Source: Candidatus Thorarchaeota archaeon (GTDB lineage Archaea > Asgardarchaeota > Thorarchaeia > Thorarchaeales > Thorarchaeaceae). Taken from it: a stretch of DNA of 11,188 nt. Below are positions 5,867 through 11,188 of this stretch, one piece after another. The notes below the pieces were generated by a model, which worked only from the letters and a program-made list of their open reading frames with translations, was not told the origin of the DNA and did not search any database. Made by a program: the position numbers and the translations under genes. Each line of letters opens with the position of its first letter. Position 1 is the stretch's first letter. The DNA lies in contig JBHLRP010000078.1 in NCBI GenBank assembly GCA_048882485.1, positions 1 through 11,188 on the forward strand. Reading direction: 5' to 3'.

Positions 5867-8374
5867 CTAGCCTGCTGAAGGTCTTTTGCCCCTCAATCGT
5901 GGCCAGACGAATATACCAATGATTATTCCAAGATATACGCCAATCCCCATAATCCCAAGGCTCGCAGACAAATCCAATTGTGGTTCAGTTGGACTTGTAG
6001 GAGATGGAGTTGTGGTGGTTGATATGTCTTCATTATTGAAGACGAACACAGCCTGAACTCTGTTTCCTGCAAGATCCGTTGCATTTACGAAGAGTGCATG
6101 ATAACCCGATTCCGCAGGTGAAAATGTCACAAATGGGGAACTCCATTCATTCCAAGATCCTGAGTCCCATTTATAATGTACAGACTCTAAATTCAAGTCA
6201 GAAACGCCGACTGTGACTTCTGTGCCAGCAGATATGCTGCTCCCCTCGAGGGGGGAAATGAGTGTGATCTCAGGGGCTGTATTATCGACGATGAACATGA
6301 ATGAAGTCGAGGCTCTGTTCCCTGCTTCATCAGTTGCATTCACAAAAAGCCAGTGTTCATTCTCCGATGGCGGAGTATAGAGGACTACACTAATACTATC
6401 ATAGCTGACTGGAGCTGATGAGTCCCATTGATAACTTACATTCTTGGGATGAAGGTCTGTGATTATCAGATTCATTGATGAAGCTGATTTAAGAAATGTG
6501 CCATTTTCCAAGCCCAGCAGCGAAATCGTCGGAGCCGTATCATCTGTAGTGAATTGATAATGGGCAATTCTGTAATTTCCTACAATGTCAGTCACATTGA
6601 TATACAAATCGTGGACGCCTTCGTCGGCTGGTAATGTGGCTTCGAATGGAAGAATGAGTTCGGTGTAACTATTCAGATCCCAATGATATTCAGCTGATTC
6701 AAAATGCATGTCATCGATATCTAATTTGATCGTGGTGTCGCTCATCAGAACTGAACCATTTGCTAAATCTGCTAGCGCAATAGATGGACGTGTATCGTCA
6801 CAGGTGAACGCAAATACCCTACTGTTCATATTTCCGGCTCTATCAAACGCGATGACAGTGAAAGTATGACTTCCATCACCGGCAGGCAACAATGCATGAT
6901 AGGGAGCCGGGAATACTTCCAATGGGTAAGAGTCCCATCTCCCCATTACACTCTGAAGATGGTCATCAATGATGTCAAAATCAAGGAGTGTGTTGCCCTT
7001 AAGCACTGATCCTATTTCATGGCTTACTACTTCGATTAGAGGTGGAATCAAATCACATTCAATTGAGACGTTTGCATACCCCCGTTGCCCATAGTTATCC
7101 TCACAGATAATTCGGATGGTATGATTTCCATGTTCTAACGCAATTGAGTATGTTTCTGAAGATATGCCAGAAGCATTGAGCTGTCCATCAACAAAGATAA
7201 TGTAGGATGGTTCATAGAAAGCCACAGGTATCGTGGAGATAGAACTCCATTCTAGGTCTAGTGGTGAGTTCACGAGACTTCCATTGCTAGGTGCAATCAC
7301 ATTCACTTGGGGTGGATGATAGAGGCCAAAATTAGATAGCGTTCGATTCAATAAGTCGACACGACCAGATGAGTTCGAAATGGCATCTAGTGCAAATCCA
7401 AAGAAAAGGCCGTTTCCTGATGGGGAAAGTGTCGCCGCATACTCATCATATCCGCTGCTCTGATACGCGATCACTCCTTGGCTGAATTCCATAGTTCTGA
7501 CCCAATCAGCCCCGCCTCCGGCCCTAGAGCCATCTCCACCGCCGTAGGTATAGCTGACACCAGCATATGGGCCTCCAACACTTCCCACAAGTGTTTCCGA
7601 ATTGCTACCATCTCCAATGTAGCCATTGACTCCGAAATTGCTGCTGAGCCAGGTTTCGAAAGACCCGAAATTGTAGGCGCTCCAAGCTATTTCAGTACCT
7701 GTCAGCAGCATCTTTCTATCAGTAGCGTCCAAGAGATATGTTTCAATGTCATTGCGCTCGTCTAAGGAGAGTGGGTTTCCATGATCACTAGTGAACCAAA
7801 TCACAAATTGATAGCCAAGCAAAACAGTGTCATCGGGCGACCCAGAAATCTGAGTTCGCCACAAATTGTAATCTGAACCATTAGAGAAGCCAAGGTCCTC
7901 AAGCGCATCTGTGTAGTAGCTGGTGACAGTTTCGTTGCCGTAGTCATCAACAATGAGGATTGGAGGTCGATCCCAGTCGATATAGGCTTCAACAAACGCT
8001 TGGGCCGTTCCATGCGAGGTCACTTGTTTGACTTCGAAAGTTGTGTTTCCACTTGGTAAACAAGATACATCCATTGGATACTCGTATAATCGAGAGGTTG
8101 AGTTGTACAAATCCGTGATGTTAATCCAGGAATCGCTATACCACCTCAGCATCACACTTGCACCAGCGATCACGGTCGCATTCACCTTGATTGTGATGTT
8201 CCCTGAGAGATGTTCGCTTGACACTGGCGAAGTGAAGTTTATTCCAATCGGTTCTTGGGCCAGAGTAAATGAAGACACATCAGGGAATTTTGGAGCAATT
8301 TGCACTCCATTACTTGTATTCCCTGACAAGAAGAGAGCAATTCCAATAGCCAATACTATGAGCAGCCGCTTCAA
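5867..8374 (-). CDS. Cell-surface glycoprotein: signal peptide, Ig-like domain, class-I GATase-like alpha/beta domain, Ig-like repeats, C-terminal TM anchor
   Basis: MKR plus hydrophobic signal; PILIVDD...YYTDAL...VIWFT...TYL...LLTGTEIAW domain; DxTxPxI...WD...HxLxVxAxDxAGN repeats; T/S/P linker, TM helix and RLRGKR tail; about 20 N-x-S/T sequons. TTG start with GGAGG (8384-8388) 9 nt upstream. Confidence 0.88.
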   Translation of the reverse strand: MKRLLIVLAIGIALFLSGNTSNGVQIAPKFPDVSSFTLAQEPIGINFTSPVSSEHLSGNITIKVNATVIAGASVMLRWYSDSWINITDLYNSTSRLYEYPMDVSCLPSGNTTFEVKQVTSHGTAQAFVEAYIDWDRPPILIVDDYGNETVTSYYTDALEDLGFSNGSDYNLWRTQISGSPDDTVLLGYQFVIWFTSDHGNPLSLDERNDIETYLLDATDRKMLLTGTEIAWSAYNFGSFETWLSSNFGVNGYIGDGSNSETLVGSVGGPYAGVSYTYGGGDGSRAGGGADWVRTMEFSQGVIAYQSSGYDEYAATLSPSGNGLFFGFALDAISNSSGRVDLLNRTLSNFGLYHPPQVNVIAPSNGSLVNSPLDLEWSSISTIPVAFYEPSYIIFVDGQLNASGISSETYSIALEHGNHTIRIICEDNYGQRGYANVSIECDLIPPLIEVVSHEIGSVLKGNTLLDFDIIDDHLQSVMGRWDSYPLEVFPAPYHALLPAGDGSHTFTVIAFDRAGNMNSRVFAFTCDDTRPSIALADLANGSVLMSDTTIKLDIDDMHFESAEYHWDLNSYTELILPFEATLPADEGVHDLYINVTDIVGNYRIAHYQFTTDDTAPTISLLGLENGTFLKSASSMNLIITDLHPKNVSYQWDSSAPVSYDSISVVLYTPPSENEHWLFVNATDEAGNRASTSFMFIVDNTAPEITLISPLEGSSISAGTEVTVGVSDLNLESVHYKWDSGSWNEWSSPFVTFSPAESGYHALFVNATDLAGNRVQAVFVFNNEDISTTTTPSPTSPTEPQLDLSASLGIMGIGVYLGIIIGIFVWPRLRGKRPSAG
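6032..7054 (-). repeat. Four tandem 85-86 aa Ig-like (Big-type) protein repeats
   Basis: Units begin DLIPP, DDTRP, DDTAP, DNTAP (85, 85, 86, 85 aa), each with conserved D at 30, WD at 40-41 and H...DxxGN. A more diverged fifth unit precedes them. Confidence 0.85.
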
Positions 8375-8513
8375 ATGCGTCTTCCTCCAAAGCCAATACG
8401 AATACCAGAATTCTCATGCTCTGCATACACATAAACTTCGTGAATTCAGGAGATTTCGAAATAACAATCATTTACTCTTGCACGCTGAGTTAGTGCCTGC
8501 TCTCATTGAGCTC

Positions 8514-8552
8514 AAAAAAAGGGATAGTGAGTGGGATTGCACCCACTCCACT
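8514..8552 (-). terminator. Hairpin + T7 terminator after the SPFH gene
   Basis: Minus strand after TAG: AGTG-GAGTGGG tgcaat CCCACTC-ACT atccc TTTTTTT (7-bp perfect stem, extendable by 3 bp with one bulge). Confidence 0.7.
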
Positions 8553-8558
8553 TCTATT

Positions 8559-9425
8559 CTACCCTATCTTGGTACCACAGTTCGGACAGAACTTGGCTCC
8601 ATTAAGCTGATTGCCGCAGTTGGGACAGAATTTCGCTCCTGCAGGAGCTCCTCCACCGCCAGAAGGCTGCTGTTGTCCGCCGCCCATCATTCCGAATGCG
8701 GCTCCAAATGCAGCACCAGGACTCTTCCCTAGCGACTCGGCAACACCTCGCTGGGTTTCTGCACCCATTACTTGTGTACCAGTTGCACCACCAGTCCTCA
8801 GCCAGAATAGTCTCTCACGGTATTTCTCAGTGGTATCTATGCCCTCGAACTTCAAATCTACCAACTCAAGGCCTAGCCTCTCAAAGGCCATCCTGACCTT
8901 GGTCTTGACTTTCAATGAGGTCTCATCAAGCTGAGTGAAGACGGCTTGCAAATCGTAATGTGCAAACTCGTCGATGACTCGCTCGTTCATGAACGACCGC
9001 AGGTAGTCATTGATCTTCTTGGTGCTGAACGCATTCTGGTTGCCAACAACATCTTGAACGAAGATGTTAGGCTCCTTCACTCGGAAGAAAAATACGCCAT
9101 GAAACATCAGGGGGGCCAAATCACTAGTTTGTCCCCTACCACCGAACTTGCCTTGGAATTGCGAGCGTGAGATGAAGACACAGGTGGCTTCAAAGACATC
9201 ACCTTTGACCTTCTTCTGTAACCATCCAACTAAACCAGGCATGCTGCTTGTAGTCAGCTTGTGGCGCCCAGCTATGAAGGTGTCCAGAGCCTTGCCATCA
9301 CGATAGAAGATGGCGGCCTGGTTCTCCATTACGATAAGCTGTGAGCCCCACTTAACTCTATTATCAGGGTAACGCCAGACGATGTGGTCTGGGCTGGCAT
9401 TTGTCCACTCTATAGCGTCTGCCAA
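8559..9425 (-). CDS. SPFH/Band-7 domain protein (YdjI-like, COG4260-type) with C-terminal zinc ribbon
   Basis: IEW...IVWRYP...GSQLIVMENQAAIFYRDGKALD.F..GRH.LTT signature, G.FFFRV.EP..F, FERLGLELVD. Gly-rich linker, then FCPNCG...FCPNCG. Start TTG 9425 (SD AGGAG 9436-9440) preferred over ATG 9473. Confidence 0.9.
   Translation of the reverse strand: MADAIEWTNASPDHIVWRYPDNRVKWGSQLIVMENQAAIFYRDGKALDTFIAGRHKLTTSSMPGLVGWLQKKVKGDVFEATCVFISRSQFQGKFGGRGQTSDLAPLMFHGVFFFRVKEPNIFVQDVVGNQNAFSTKKINDYLRSFMNERVIDEFAHYDLQAVFTQLDETSLKVKTKVRMAFERLGLELVDLKFEGIDTTEKYRERLFWLRTGGATGTQVMGAETQRGVAESLGKSPGAAFGAAFGMMGGGQQQPSGGGGAPAGAKFCPNCGNQLNGAKFCPNCGTKIG
8574..8639 (-). repeat. 27-bp direct repeat encoding GAKFCPNCG twice
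   Basis: Copies at 8574-8600 and 8613-8639 are 22/27 identical, and all five differences are synonymous third positions. Confidence 0.85.
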
Positions 9426-9476
9426 ATCAGAATCTCTCCTATAGTCGAGTTCTGTTTGGTCTAGGGTCTTCATAGG

Positions 9477-9483
9477 TTTTAAA
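9477..9483 (-). promoter_or_regulatory. Putative TATA box (TTTAAAA) of the SPFH gene
   Basis: It lies only 3 nt upstream of ATG 9473, so transcription would start near 9452 and translation at TTG 9425. Confidence 0.5.
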
Positions 9484-9560
9484 CGTTCACATGGTGAGTC
9501 CCGGAGAGCACTTTTCGCTTAACTAATATCAAAACCATGAATATGCCTGATAAATGAGCT

Positions 9561-10316
9561 TCAAAGCGCTATAGTCATCAGGTCTCTGGCAAGCATAACC
9601 TCCGCATTTGTCCTCCGACCAACTGTTGCCAATACCTCCTTTTCTTTGGCTACTACCTCAGGAGAAACGTGAGTTATCACTATCTTTCTGGGTTCTGCAA
9701 GCTCAACAATTTCGGCAAGCTCACTGGGACTAGTATGAACCCCTCCTGGGTGGTCTCCATCAAGCCAATTGCATTCATGGATTAGAACATCGGCTCCAGT
9801 AGCCAAATCCAAAACTTCTGGGCATGGCGCGGTATCTGAGGAATAGACAACCGCCTTTCCCTTATGCTCTACTCTGAATGCTCGGCTTTCGAGTGTACTA
9901 TGAGTCGTTGGTGACACAGATACAACCACGGGGCCAAGATGTACGACATCGTTCTCATTGAGGGTTCTCTTCTCAACCAAAAGCTTCTCTCTCAGGTATG
10001 GGAAAGCAATATCATATACCCCTCTGGACCACTCCCATAGTCGCTGAGGTGCATAGAGCTCCAAAGTCTTATCGTAACCAAGAAGCCATAGAGTCTGGCA
10101 GAATGAGAGAAAATCTGAGCAGTGGTCAATGTGAAAGTGACTAATGAAGACATGATTGATCGAGGTGAGGTCAACATCTGTTTGTGTCAGACGATGCAAA
10201 ACTCCAGACCCAATGTCGAGAAGCAAAGCTGTCCCATCTGCCTCAACTAGTACTCCTGATTGTACCCTTTCAGGATCTGGAAGGGAGGTACCAGTTCCAA
10301 GAAGCCTTACCATCAT
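9561..10316 (-). CDS. Metallo-beta-lactamase-fold hydrolase, RNase Z/ElaC/AtsA-like
   Basis: LLGTG, LLLDIGSG, VFISHFHIDH (HxHxDH), TTH, VVYSSDT, LIHEC, HTSP, ITH. Start ATG 10316 or 10313 (ORF track extends to TTG 10331). Confidence 0.92.
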   Translation of the reverse strand: MMVRLLGTGTSLPDPERVQSGVLVEADGTALLLDIGSGVLHRLTQTDVDLTSINHVFISHFHIDHCSDFLSFCQTLWLLGYDKTLELYAPQRLWEWSRGVYDIAFPYLREKLLVEKRTLNENDVVHLGPVVVSVSPTTHSTLESRAFRVEHKGKAVVYSSDTAPCPEVLDLATGADVLIHECNWLDGDHPGGVHTSPSELAEIVELAEPRKIVITHVSPEVVAKEKEVLATVGRRTNAEVMLARDLMTIAL

Positions 10317-10366
10317 TTCAATCGGATTCAATCTCAGCTGGCAGGGTAATCAGTCTTCCCTTGTTC

Positions 10367-10744
10367 CTATCTGATCCTAGTGGGACAAATGAGATGCTTA
10401 ATTGTGTTCTCAAAAACTCTAAGCTCTTTCGTTATCTTTCTGCGCTGCAGTACTTCCGCCTGTAGCTGGTCACTCAGGTCAAAGCGGGCGATATCTCTGA
10501 GGGCCCTCAAAAGAGCAATTGAATCCACACTAACTCGACCAGCTTGAACATCCCTCCAGAGGGTTTCAAGAGAATTCACAAGGATCTGTTGATGTCTCAT
10601 AAGACCAAGCCTGTCATCTGGATAGGGGTCTTGGTCCAGCATGGCCGCCATCTCATTTATCGAATTCAAAACAAGTTCTGAAGGAGTGAAGACAACTTGC
10701 TTCTGTGGTTCTGTTTCTGCCTGACGCGCCCTGTTCCTAAGCAA
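10367..10744 (-). CDS. Hypothetical protein, predicted alpha-helical (125 aa)
   Basis: Fills the gap co-oriented with neighbours and shows amphipathic helical patterning. TTG start with GGTGG (10751-10755) and a TATA-like box upstream. No family recognised. Confidence 0.7.
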   Translation of the reverse strand: MLRNRARQAETEPQKQVVFTPSELVLNSINEMAAMLDQDPYPDDRLGLMRHQQILVNSLETLWRDVQAGRVSVDSIALLRALRDIARFDLSDQLQAEVLQRRKITKELRVFENTIKHLICPTRIR

Positions 10745-10777
10745 TAATTTCCACCAATATTCGGCGCAGGCTTTGGA

Positions 10778-10784
10778 TATTTAA
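10778..10784 (-). promoter_or_regulatory. Putative TATA box (TTAAATA)
   Basis: Same heptamer as at 3767-3773, 33 nt upstream of TTG 10744, and flanked by the CTTTGG/CCAAAG inverted repeat. Confidence 0.5.
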
Positions 10785-10803
10785 TGCCCACCAAAGTCCA
10801 GCG

Positions 10804-11097
10804 TCATGGTGGCTGTCTTCTTCTCAGAGTGTCATCCACAAGCAGATAGAGACCGAGGAAATCTGCGGCAATTATGCCGCCTGCGAGGGCAATGTCTGCA
10901 AGTGACATCGATGCAGCAACTAACAAGACCGAAATAGAAAGCCACAATGTGAGTGAACCAACAAGTACTGTAGTCCAAGACATGAGTGCTATCTGATCTT
11001 CACCGGATGACCATTTTCGAAATACGAAGTAGAACAAATAGCCGACGAGGACAAAGAACTGGATGCTTATTGTAATTGTGAGATATGCTCCTTGCAT
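10804..11097 (-). CDS. Small hypothetical membrane protein (3 predicted TM, 97 aa)
   Basis: Three hydrophobic segments, RK after TM1 and an RRR C-tail consistent with the positive-inside rule; ATG start. Confidence 0.72.
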   Translation of the reverse strand: MQGAYLTITISIQFFVLVGYLFYFVFRKWSSGEDQIALMSWTTVLVGSLTLWLSISVLLVAASMSLADIALAGGIIAADFLGLYLLVDDTLRRRQPP

Positions 11098-11145
11098 GGT
11101 GTAGCTTGTCTGTTAATGCAGTTAGTTCTTGCGATATGGGTTATG

Positions 11146-11181
11146 AAAAGAAGGTGAATTCCGGAGCAGAAGCCCCGGAAT
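11146..11181 (-). terminator. Hairpin + pyrimidine tract, probable terminator of a gene beyond the right edge
   Basis: Minus strand: TAA (11188-11186) cacc ATTCCGGGGC ttct GCTCCGGAAT tcacc TTCTTTT. The 10-bp stem has one mismatch that pairs as G-U only on the minus strand. Confidence 0.55.
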
Positions 11182-11188
11182 GGTGTTA

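Noticed and set aside
8028-8732. 234-aa plus-strand ORF that stays open across two minus-strand genes and the 184-nt intergenic gap
   Set aside because: Antisense to two well-supported genes, with no recognisable motif, promoter or SD. Most likely a shadow frame.
9474-9563. The MBL stop TGA is in frame with the SPFH ORF, suggesting selenocysteine or readthrough fusion
   Set aside because: An in-frame TAA occurs 14 codons later, the MBL domain is already complete, and the SPFH gene has its own promoter-like signals.
9561-10316. Calling the MBL gene rnz (tRNase Z)
   Set aside because: It has no exosite arm and a divergent HEAT motif, so no gene symbol was assigned.
678-10465. Remaining short ORFs nested in or antisense to called genes (e.g. 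678-941, 810-1034, 2829-3119, 3573-3773, 4610-4867, 5117-5476, 7478-7765, 8611-8934, 10184-10465)
   Set aside because: They overlap stronger CDSs and lack motifs or initiation signals.

Overview
Gene-dense archaeal chromosomal segment with 11 supportable CDSs, 10 on the minus strand. Archaeal origin is supported by an Ard1/NAA10-type N-terminal acetyltransferase, a Fap7/AK6-type kinase, TATA-box-like promoters and a sequon-rich surface protein. An Asgard (Thorarchaeia-like) source is my impression only. Left to right: DUF89/ARMT1-like phosphatase; Ard1 acetyltransferase; membrane-anchored HhH (DUF4332-like) protein; divergent AK6/Fap7; charged-coil + 4-TM hypothetical; stand-alone gamma-class (Eco57I/TaqI-like) DNA methyltransferase; 835-aa surface glycoprotein with ~85-aa Ig-like repeats; SPFH (YdjI-like) zinc-ribbon protein; RNase Z-like MBL hydrolase lacking the tRNA-binding arm; two small hypotheticals. 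I found no rRNA, tRNA, CRISPR array or transposase/integrase, and no complete multi-gene novel system is demonstrable. Best leads: a membrane-tethered HhH protein with a BAF-like first motif (possible DNA-membrane tether), an orphan methyltransferase, an AK6 lacking the Walker-B acid, and bacterial-style hairpin terminators.
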